Assembly (NCBI GenBank): GCA_026770705.1 | Contig: JANJGN010000034.1 | Span: forward strand, 6,076,001-6,140,000 | Reading direction: 5' to 3' | Origin: Isurus oxyrinchus | Taxonomy: Eukaryota | Length of the DNA stretch: 64,000 bases | Shown here: one piece after another, positions 14,311-26,300 of the stretch | How the letters are laid out: each line of letters opens with the position of its first letter | How positions within the stretch are numbered: the stretch's first letter is position 1 | Notes under the pieces: generated by a model | Database searches by the model: none | The model's input: the letters and a program-made list of their open reading frames with translations, nothing else | What the model was told of the DNA's origin: nothing | Translations under genes and position numbers: made by a program

Positions 14311-17300
14311 TATATGTTATACAGCTCTTTAGATAGAAAATGAGACATATATAGATAGATAGATAGATTGATGGATAGATATAGAAATAGATAGGTAGAT
14401 AGATAGATAGGGATATTAACAAAAAAACTGTGGATGCTAAAAATCCAAAACAAAAACAGAATTACTGGAAAAAACTCAGCATTTCTGGCTGCATCGGCGG
14501 AGAGCATCGATAGACAGACTGGTAGATAGATATATCCATAAGTAGATAGACAGAAAGATAGATAAGTAGATATTTAAATAGATAGATAACAGTTGCGCCT
14601 GTCAGTATAGGACAATGCTTTAACATTTGCGAATGACACAAAACATGGAGGTGCGGCAAACAAACAGGTTGATAGCAAGCAACTGCAGCAAGACATAAAT
14701 AGTCGAGCAGTATAGGCACCAAGTGGCGGATCGAAATTAATGCACATAACTCTGTAGTGAAGCATTTTGGCTAAACTGATAGAAAAGGGCAAATACCCTT
14801 ACTGAAACGATACTTCAGTGTGCAACGAAATAGAAAAGGAGCAGAATATTTTTTTTTTACAATTGTCTTGAAATATTATATGTTTAGCATGCAAGTTATT
14901 CGGATTATTGTGCTGAATATGTGTAGGTATTCAGCACAAAAGTAGAAAATTGTGCATAACCTTTTGAAACTCTGTTTATGCAGCAGTTAACGGTGTTGCA
15001 TCCGGTTATCAACACATATTTGGAAGAAGCGATGGATTATTAAAGGGTTTCTGAAGAGTTTTGGAAGAATGGTTCCATGGACAAGTGAATTTAACGAACA
15101 TGTAAAATTGGTGGACCAACGATTGTTTCCCTTCGAACGTTGAAGGCTGATAGAAGATCCATAAGTTACCGTCAAGTTTAGGCAAGGGAGAAAAAAGAGA
15201 CCCCATTCTCATATGCGTAAGGGACTGGGATGAGGAGGATACTATTTTCTGCTTTGTGCACGGGCGTTTAGAAAGTTTCGGATCTGTTGGCTTTGCAAGC
15301 GAAACTTAAAAGCCATGGGCGAAGGCAACTATGTATTAAAAAAAATGCATGGAGGGGGAGGACCTTTGCTAATTAGAGCACATTCTGTGTAACACACCAT
15401 CTAGCAAGTAGGTGAAATATTACTCACTCAGTAATATCAAAATGAATTTCAACTGGCTCAGGGGCTGATTCAATTGACAGGCAGACAGTGATAGTGTGTA
15501 AAAACAGGAATGACTGCATGGCTCCGAAGAATGCCACATGGTTTCTACCAGCCATAGGGCATCTCTCAATCCGGACATGTGGTCCCAAAGCCAATATGTG
15601 CCTGTTAATTGCCATCAGAAATGGTCACTGAGTTGTATCAAAAGTGTGACAGGAAATTGGATAAGGGCCAACACTGGAGAAACAATTCAGGATCAAACTA
15701 GTCACCGGGTAAAACAACAACAAATTCAGCCCTGTCAACACTGCTAATATAGCTTTACTAACAGCAGGGCTGGTGCCAACAGTGGGAGAGACATCCTACG
15801 GGCCAACCAAACAACAATCATTTTTATAATCAGGGATTCACCATTCCTCAAAGGCATCAGAGGGCCACTAGTGGACAGACCCAGCCTAAATGTTGACACC
15901 AGAGAGTGTGGGTAGAACTGCAAAGGGGACCCTTAACACCGAATCCAGAAACCAAGAAGTCACATGACATCAAGCCAAACATGAGCAAGGGAACCTCCTG
16001 CTGATTATCTCGTCCCATAGTCCACACCAACGCTTGCAGCTGATGAATCAGTGCTCCTCCTTGTTAAACGTCACTTGGAGAATCATTGACGGTGGCAATG
16101 GTGGACAATTAACTTCAATGAGCAACACCAAAGATGGCTTCGTAGCATCACTGTAGACCGAGCGAGACGAGTGCTAGGCTGGGCCTGTGGCTGCTTGTGA
16201 GGGAGCAAACAAGTAGGGTAACCATACCTGGCCTCATCCTCAGGAACCTGCCTGCTGCTGGGGCCTCTGTCAATGAAAGTAGCAGTAGCAGTGACCACCG
16301 TACATTTGTTGTGGAGATATTGGGGATACCATCCAACGTGTGGTGCCACACCAACACCGTGCCAAAGAGGATAAATTAGGAACAGATCAAGCATTTCAAG
16401 CCAAGGTAGCCACGTAACTATGTCGTCCATCCACAGAAGCAGAACTGTAATCAATCGCAATGTTTCACTTCATGGCCCGGCATATCCTACACGCTTAAAA
16501 TACCAACTAGCCTGGGTATCCAGCCTGGTTCAATGAGGTGTGCAAGGCAGCATTCTAGGGGCAGCACCAGGCAGGCCTTAAAACGAAGAGGCAAATGGGT
16601 GAAGCGACAAAGCAGATCAACGCGCGTGCCAGACAGCATAAGCAGCACATCATAGGCAGAGCTAAGACATCGCACAACCAATGGAGCAGATCTTAGCTCT
16701 GCAGCGCTGTCATGTCCCGTTGTTACTTGAGGTGGGCAATTAAATAATACAATGGAAAAAGATCCACAAATGTCTCCATGCTTCTTGATGAAAGAGTACC
16801 AAGCATCAGGGCAAAATATAAGGCTCAAACAAATGCTATTAATGTCGATTGGGTGACCCATGTCTATCTGCTCCAGAGATACACGGCATTCCAGATGCCA
16901 GCCTTCAGTTTAGTCGATTCATGAAATGGCTGAAGGAACTGGATGCTGCAAAGGGTAGCTGCACTGATAATATTCTGGCTATAGTATTGAGGCCAAGCTG
17001 AAGATCTTTTTTGTGCCCTTAGCTAGGCTGTTCCAGTACGGCTACAACACTGGCATCTACCTGGCAATTTAGTCACTCGGCCAGGTATGCCTTATGTACA
17101 AAAAGCGGGGCAGATCCAAACCAATCAATTATCGTCCCATCAGTATACTGGCAATCATCAGTGAAGCGAAGGAAGGGTCAGAATCTGCTAACACGCGGCA
17201 CTTGCTCAGCAATTACCTGCTCATTGTTCAGCTTGGGTTCCGCCATTGTCCCTCAGTTCCTGACCTCATCACAGACTTGGTTTTAACATGGACAAAAGAG

Positions 17301-20300
17301 CTGAACTCCAGTGGTCATGTGAGAGTGTTTGTCCTTGACATCAAGGTAGAATTTGGCAGATTTTTCCATCAAGAAACCCGAGAAAAATTGGAGTCAATGG
17401 GAATGAGGGGGAGAACTCTGCGTTGGTGGCAGTCATGCCTACCAAGAAGAAAGACTGTTATCGTTGTTGGAGGTCAATGACCAACAGTTAAAGGGCGTCA
17501 TTGCAGCAAATCTTCAGGGTAGTGTTCCAGGCCCAAACATTCTCATCTGCTTTTTCAAGGAAGTTCCTTCCATCATGAGCTGGGAAGTGGGGGTAATTGC
17601 TGATGACTGCACAATTTACAGAACAATTCACGACCCCTGAAATAATGAAGCTGTCAATTTCTAAATGCAGCAAGAAAAGTGCCAAGCAATGGCCACCTTT
17701 GTCAAGACATTATAAAATCATGACCCATATGACAATCAATGGCTATAAGAGCAGATCAGGGGTTGGGAACAATGAAAATTGTAAATCAGCTATTCAGGCC
17801 CGAAAGCCTGCCAACAATCTACAAGGCACAATTCATTTTGTTGATCGAATACACTTCAGTTGACTGGCTACGTGTAGCTCCAACAACAGTCAAAACCTTA
17901 ACAACACCCACGGCAATGCAGCCCACTTGATTAGCATCCAATCCACATACATTCACACCATCCACCACCGACGGACAGTGGCATCAGTGAATAATATCTA
18001 CAAAATGCCTTGCAGGAACACAACAAGGCTCCTTTGGCAGCACCTTCCAAGCCAGATTTCGCTGCCATCTAGAAGCACAAGGGCAGCAGGTATCTGGGAG
18101 CAACACCACTTTAAATTTCCTCTAACAGCCACTCATCATCCTGACTTGAAATATATTGTGATTCCGTCACTGTCATCTGTTCAAAATGATGTAATCAATC
18201 ACTAACAGCACTGTGGGAGGAGCTACCTCAGATGGACTGTAGAGCTTCAAGAAAGCAGTTCCAAACTCCTCCTCAAGGACAAATAGGGATGGGCAATAAA
18301 TGATGTTCTCACCAGCGATGCCCAGGTCACATGAATCATTAAAAAAAAACAAAATACAGTCTATCCGCTCGCTGTCAGGCTGATTTGCGAATGTTATAAG
18401 GAAATCAGATATTGTTTCGCATACATAGGAACAGTAACCACACTTCTGAATTCCACAGTTCCTGTCTCGTACTTCGGAAAATTCCGTGTTTGTAAAATGA
18501 GCAATATATTTTCAGTTCCTTCTGCTCTTTGTAAGGGGACCTAGGTAGGCCAGTTAATACTGTCAAGCCAATAGTGCTCTGTTGATTTCTTCTGGAAATT
18601 TTCTTTTTTCAGGCTGCATTTAATTTCCATGCCCAGTTATGAAATCCAAAGAGAAAAAAAATAACTCAAATTGTGCAGTTAAGTTTTGCAGTCCATATAT
18701 CTGACAGAATTTACATGCAGTGCATGCAGAGTAACTACTGTTCGTGCAATTTGCTTAAACGAAATATCGATTACGTAATTCGTTTCCCCTGTTGCTGTTT
18801 TTGCATCATACTTAGATATCGATGTTGCTTCAGTTTTCAAGATAATGCGCACACGTTAAAAAACAAGGGTCCCAGAGAAGACATGGAAGCATGATATTAG
18901 AACCGAGTGCTATACATTTTCTGAAAGATTGGCGTGACTATCTAGGGAACGGAAGTCTGAATGGTTAACTGACAGGAGTCGTTACAATTATGCAAGTTTT
19001 TCTGATGGAGTCCAGAACTTGGACATTTTAATGAAATTATGTTACTAAGCATTATTGGGAAATTCAGAGGATATATCCAATCACTGGATATTTATAACGC
19101 AGAATCAGTACTGCAAGGAGCACTGATGTAAAAGCCATATTTGCATGTAGTGACGCGTGTACTTGAGAGAAAAATGTTCAATGGCATTCTGATTGGGTTC
19201 GTTGAAGCAGGAGGGTCTCCTGTGGAGCAAAAGAACAGCTGCAGTGACTGGATGGGTTGAAGGCCTGATTCCATGCTATAAAATGGATTTAAATCTAAGA
19301 AACAATAAACAAGAGAATTCAACAAAATGGGGCCAACCATATAGCATGGGGCAGGAGTTACTTGAAGATCTCGTATCAGAAAGATATTTGTCAACATCCA
19401 CCACAACAATGATTTAACCAAGTGCGCTATAAGTCGTAACTCTTCTTTTCAATTTAATTATTCAGTTTTTCTGTAACAGGCCATATGAATTGAGCATTGC
19501 AATAATGGCCTAAATTTACATCCTTTCTAAGCTCGAAAATTCCTCCTCGCTACATGCTTGAGAAGAACGATTTAGTCTGAGACACAAGTCCAGCGGTGGT
19601 AGAGGACTGCAGTTATGGAATTGAAGCATTTTGATGGAACCTTTAACTGAGTCACTGTCTGTCCTGTGAATTGGCGGGTTTTTTTTTCTTACTTCGATCC
19701 TATGGTTCTGCTGGGGGAGTAAGGGAAGCTGTCGACGGTGCCCGTTCCAAAATTTAATCCTCCATCAATGTCAAAAAAATATGAATCGGCTTAATCTTAT
19801 TATTGCCTGTGGGAGCCTATGATGTGTGAACTGGCTGCAATTTGGTCTGCAGTGCAGCATTACTTCAGTAGAATGACATTTGCTGCAAAGCATTCTTGCA
19901 AGCTTTAAAGTCATGACAGGCGCTGTCGAAACGCAAATTTTGTGTTTCTCTCTTGCAGCAGAAGATCTTTGGGACAAAGATTCAGGTAAACAACATCATT
20001 TATTTTGCACTGCCCTTTTTGTGCCTGTGTTGGCTCAGCCGGTAACACTCCCAATATGAGCTTTGATCTCGTTGTTTCAAATATAGCTGGAAATCCTGAT
20101 CACTAAGACCTGGCTGACACTGTTGTTTGCCAATAGTATAAGACGGCCGACTTGCCAGGCGTGTCATCTCTAAGGCAAGATGTTAAAGGAAGAGAATAAT
20201 TCCCCACTCACCGAAGCATATTTTGATACACATTGAAAGGTTTTCTCCAATGTATTGGTATGATTGACACTCAATCAACAGTGATTGATACAGAAATCAT

Positions 20301-23300
20301 GTTTACTGTTCAATTAATACTTGTGGGAATTGTTATGTCATTTCCTATTTTACAGCAACAACCACAATTCTCACGAGTCCAATATGGAAGGAAAATTAAT
20401 TTGAGTTTTTCTGCATTCATGAATGAAACAATATAAATCAAAGCCCTTCATTCTGCCGTTTCTGAAGACATGCTTATGCGTCTCTTTGAGCTGAATCTGT
20501 TCCGGCAGCAGTGAATGCAGTAATGACATTTTTTTTTGAGAAAACCAAATGAAATGATTGAAAGAATGTTCCTCTGCTTCTTTTCAGAAATAAATAATCT
20601 CCAGACTAAAGTTCAAAAATGCGGTGAGTAAATATTTAAAATTCAGAAAACCGGTGATCTAATAGGAAAAGAATTGGATTTTTATATGGAAATTATAGAA
20701 TTGAACCCACAGCAATGGATAGCCTCCAACTTCCTGTGACACTGATTTGGATAAACTGGTTCTGGTAAATTGAGTGATTGAGTAAGCACCGGCAGGATTT
20801 CAGAATGCAGATCATAAGTAGCTTTTTGAAATGCTGGTCAAATTTCAACGATGATCATTCACAAGATAACAGCTCTATCGGTGACATTTGGAATATGTAA
20901 GATTGGTTACAGATAATATTGTTTGTTGTCGCGGTCTGCCACAACAATTAAGCGGTTGTGGAGAGTTCAGCCAAAGATATGTTCTGATTTGCCAGCTCTG
21001 TGCACGTGTATCTACAGGTAAGGACCACTCTGGGTGAGACCAGTTATGGGTGGGGTCTGTTCTGAGTGAGCTAGGCTTGAGGAGGCTGACTATAGCTGAG
21101 TCGTTGGATGGAGAAATCCCCTCTTTGTGTGGCCAGCTCTGGCTGAATTGGGAAATGGGCGTGTTTGGCGATGTTTGAGACTGCTTCTATTTGTGATCCG
21201 CAATGATTTACATCCTGTATTTATTTGGTAAATTATACATGTGGCCCTTTATGCATAAAACCAGTTATCAGTGAATTCGAATGCAGATGAGCTTAAGGAA
21301 GGTGGACATCCGTCTTACTCTATGGAATCATCTCAGAGATCCAGAATGATCAGGCAGCATAGGCTTGAGTCAGCTATGTCCGATATTGTCTATGTTTGAG
21401 GTGTAGTCATTAAGTGTGCAGCATATGTTGGTGCGGAATGGCATAGAAAGCCTAATTTTTGTGTGAGGTCTAATTTGAATGAGGTCAAGCATATGCGATA
21501 GGGATAGGTATGAGCTGATTTGAATGAGATCAGATAGTGTTGAGTTGGAGAAGTGGCAAGTTAAGCTAGAGATACTGTAGGGCATGGATGCGGTCGCACC
21601 AATGAGAATTACAGACTTGTGGAATCAACTTTTCCCGACAGATTGTGTCATTGAATTTTTTAACAGTTGAGGTTCAGAAAGGGTGCTTTTGAGTTTAGAG
21701 GTTATTGTGTTTGATTCAGGATGGAGAAAAGGAATTGGGTGTTGGTAATATATTGTATGTATGACGTTATTAAAACTCAGTTTTACAAAGGTTACATTGT
21801 GTATGGGATTGAGATCCGATAGGAGTTACATGCTGTTTGTTTGGTGTTAGGCACGAGTGAGAGACCGACTTTTTTAATGTATATTTGGACATGGTTGCAT
21901 CCAGGCCGGGCAGAGGTTGGAAAAGAAAGTAGAACCTCCTGAAAATATTCAGGATGCCGGGGAATTATTTCTGGAGTGAGGAACAAACGTCGAAGTTACA
22001 CGTTGATGAGCCTTTCCAGCAGGCAAAAAGGATCACATGGCACATTTTTTTTAAAGCTCAGGAGTGTTGTAGCCAGTATGTATGGTTATCCAACAAAATA
22101 AAAGCAGGTTGTCTAGCTTTTGAAGCATTGCGTTTTTGTGGGTGGTGGTAGTGGACGGTGGGTGGGTTGGCAGATGCGGGGAGGTGGTGGCTAATTGGCT
22201 GCTGCATCTCATAAAGTACGATTGTGCTTACGATTAAAATGTTTGTCTTTGTGAAACGCTTTGGAATGTCTGTGTTTGTTATTTCAATGAGCAAGCACAA
22301 TGCTACTTAAATTAATGCTTGCACCCTATGATAATGAAAATGGCGACATGTTTGCAACATTGAATCTAAGGACCAGCTTAACTACATCCAATGTTCACTA
22401 AATAAAAATTTCCAACATGTGAGGGGATTCAATTATTTCGGAATCAGTGATTTTATCCTTCAACCTTCGACAGAAGAGAACCTAAAAGCGATAGAAAAAG
22501 GTACTGAAATTAAGTACTACTTTCGGTAAAGAGATGCCAATTAGTTTTGTATGTGATAATTGATTCTTTGAGCCATTCCCCAAAGCGGATTACTATAAAT
22601 TATTGCAAAAGCTATCAATTGAGCAATCCTGCATGAAGGAGTTTGGCAGAATATATGTGGAGAAGATGATTCCTAACAGACACAAAACCTAGGAATTCTT
22701 AAATAAAAACATATAACGTAGTATGGTATCTATCCATTTTGAAATTCATGAACTTTAACTTTTTGTGGAGAATGTCCAACCTCTAGCTGTATAACACAAT
22801 GTATGGAAGGGAAGCTAGATAAATGCACGTGAGAAAAGGAAAGAGAAGATGATCTTAATAGCGTGAAATGAAGTAGGGGGGATGGAGTACCATGTGAAAT
22901 ATAAATGCCAATGGGTGAAATGCATGCATGATGGCCGCTTTTTACTCTGAAAATGTAGTATAATGTTTCCTTTTTGCCCAGTTTAAAATGGGTATTACCA
23001 AATTTAACGCTCAATAGGCTCTCAGCTAATTTATGCTTCCCCGAAATGTAACAGGGCATCGCATAGAGTATTGAACAGGCAGAAGTTGCATATCACCCGA
23101 GTTACGTTAGCTTCTAAAGTTAGACTTCCGCCTGCTGTTAGCTTTTTAGGAAGTTTCATTTTTTTTCGAAACAGAAGAATGCAGGTTATCAACTTTCGAT
23201 AGAATTTTGGAAAACACACAATGAATCCAAACTTCTAACTAACAAGAACTGCAAAAACAACTTCCACATATATAGCACCGTGAACATTACAGAACGTCGG

Positions 23301-26300
23301 CAAGTGCAACAAACTGTCGTAGTAACGCTAGAATTGATGCAGCTCCGCACAAGGCTACGTTTGATCGCTTGGCAAAAAGCTTGATCAATGACATATGCAT
23401 TAAGATGCAAATGAAAAGTGGAAAGACGTGCAGAGGGGCATCGAATTTGAGACGTTTACTAATTCCGTGATGCAGCAACTGAATTCAGTGTTGCAATACT
23501 GTAGCAATTAAAATGAAGGTGCATCAAATGGCCAGAATTAACTTTCGGTGAGCTCAGGTGCAGAAAGACATTACGGAGCTAACCATGGCTGAGGCCATCG
23601 ACGGATTTGTAACAAATATAATAAATTAGCACTTTAAAACCAAGGCATTTATTTTCCTGGGACGTCCTATATAGCTGTGGAGGTTACTTGAATGACAAAA
23701 AGTAATTTTCTGTATGTATTCATTATATGACATTGCATGAGGTTTGCTCCACAGCCGGCCCCATTTGACATGCATTCTCTGCTCGTGGAGCATCGTATCC
23801 GACAACGTCGGATTGGATGTGGGTTAGCATTTAGAAATAGTGTAATTCTTTTTAACTGTGCGAAGAAACTTGGTTCAAAAGAGTACAGAGTTAATTGTTT
23901 CATATCAAAAAAGAACATATACACTACAGAAGCTGGAAAAAATACATTGATGAAATGGGAACTTTCAGATCGTAATCAATGGCAAAAAATGAGCAGACTC
24001 TGTTTCATTTGTGCACAAAGCAGACGATGAGGTGCTTGTCCGGATAGCTAATCGGACCAATGAAGAAGTTTGGTAGTGTAAACGTAAAGAAAATTCTTCG
24101 ACTTGCAAGGGAAATGGGGCAGCGCACTTCAAAGCAAAATAACCACTGATGCACCCTATCATGGTTTTAGAGAACGTTTGTTTTATGCAGTGAAAAATGA
24201 CACAGTGGAATTCGTTACATCAAGGAAAGATTGAAGTAATAGTACACGATCGTTTAAAATCACGGATGAGAATGAAATCATTGTTGCAGAGAAAAGAGTG
24301 ACATTCAGCCCGTTGTGTCAGATGTCTGCCAGCGCATCTCTTGCTAGCCCCAATCTACTTTCCTTGTTGCCCAGTACTTGAATCTCTTGGGATGTTTAGA
24401 TAATTCCAGTTTCAAAGCCATTATTGAATCTGCCTCGACAAACTTCTCAGGCATTGCATTGCAGATCATAACCATTATTGTATTCTCAATAAATGTACTT
24501 CTTGTCGCCGTTCTACGCATCCTAATTTTACGTTCGCTTGTTCTTGGCTTTTCTACCAACTGCAGAAATAAGCATACGAACACACTAACTAGGGGCAGGG
24601 TTAATTCAGTCGCCCTTTCAAGCTTGCTCCGCCATTGAGTAAGACTACGGGTGATGAGATTGTAACCTCCTGCCTATCCACGATAACCTTTCACCCCCTT
24701 GTATTTCATGAATCTACCTATTTTTGCCTTTACAATAACCAAAAACTCTGCTTCCACTGCCATTTGAGGAAGACAGTTTAGAGCACACTCGGCATTCTGA
24801 GTTAATAAATTCTTCTCACCTCTGTTTATAATGAGTGACACCTTATTTTTATACGGTAACCCCTAGTTCTAGATCCTCCCACAGGAGGAAATATGCTCTC
24901 CACATCCATTCTGTCCAGACCCATCTGGATCTTTAATAGTTTGATAAAGTCACCTCTACCCCTCCTAAACGCAATTGGCTACATGTCTAACCTGTCCAAC
25001 CTTTCAACATAATACAACCTGACAATTCCTGGCAATGGTCTAGTAGAACTTCACTTAACAGTTTTTAACGCAATTACACATTTCCTGCAATAAGCAGGCC
25101 AATAATTTAGACAGCACCCCAGTTGTGGGCTCACCAGTGCCCCATTGAAATGAAGGATAACCTCCCTGGTTTTGAGTCAATTTCCGTCCCAATGAACAAT
25201 AAAATTCTACAGCTTTCTTAATTGATTGCTGTTGCCGCATACTAGCCTTTTGTGGTCATGCTCTAGCACATCCAGTTCCTTCTGAATCTCAGAGTTCTGC
25301 AACCTCTTACCATTTAGATAAGATGCATTTATCTTTTCATTATCCCTGCCAAAAAAGGAAATTTTGCCTTTTCATATGTGATAATGTATTTGCCTGCTCT
25401 TTGCACGGTCACTAACCTATCAATATTGCTTTATCGCCTTCTTACATCCACTTAGCTTTCCATCAATGTTTGTGTGGTCAGCAAATTTATCAACCATAAA
25501 CCTCTCTATCTACTCTGTTTCCAAGCCTCATAGTTGTATCCCTCTATGAAACCTCCTCTCGACAGTGTCTTCGTAAAGTAAAATACACCAGATACTCAAA
25601 TCTACCTATTAATTCCCTCGTCCCTCATTCTTGTAAACGTTTTCTAAAATCTCTTTGAAGAATTCAGACCATTTCAAATTTTGACCATGCAGTTGGTGCA
25701 GCTGAGTTATTGAAAAAACTCAGAGGAAAACTTATAACAACTTTCATAACCTATAATTGTGAGTGGTATGATTGACATGCAACTTTAAATTCAGGAAAAA
25801 GCCCTCATGTTCTCGAGAGCTTTTATATTCAGCTAAATGAAACCTCTTATTAATTTGCACAAGTTAAAAAATGTACCTGGCTATAAATTACTACGATCAT
25901 AACTTATAACAAATTCCCAAGCTAATAACCGTTAAGGCAACATGAACTCAAAGAATGTGGCTATTTTTACGCTGGTTCCTGTGGAGAAGGTTGGAGGCTT
26001 TCAGCTGATTTTGATCTCATATTGCCTCTGCTCTAAAAACACAATAGTGCCCAAGTTATTTCAAGCATTGTTCATTGCATGAACTTTCTTATTGAATCAG
26101 CAGCCTCTTTGAACTCCAAATTTTAACAATAAAACACATTTCGTAGAATGAGTTTTATTAGGAATATAAACATATTGCTAGATTCTAGTTTTCACCTCAC
26201 TTCTTAAATTAACTATCAACAAATGCATATAAAGGCTATTTATCTTACATACCAAAACTAGTACACATCAAAGCGCCCAGATAGCTGGCTTTAATCCAAT

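Noticed and set aside
15297-15324. Sequence resembling e14 (aagcgaaacttaaaagccatgggcgaag)
   Set aside because: No proper AG/GT flanks, 28 nt long, and poorly conserved in copy 2.
17094-17480. Reverse-transcriptase-like ORF as a functional or domesticated gene
   Set aside because: Surrounded by stops and frameshifts, motifs are degenerate, and the segment is deleted in copy 2; an ordinary dead LINE.
18842-18868. 27-nt AG/GT-flanked candidate microexon
   Set aside because: Very weak donor (gtccca), in-frame TAA in copy 2, and it would break the odd/even exon alternation.
23536-23547. 12-nt candidate exon ccag|AATTAACTTTCG|gtgagc (ELTF; ELYV in copy 2)
   Set aside because: No polypyrimidine tract, lies within an antisense L2 remnant, and does not fit the exon size classes.
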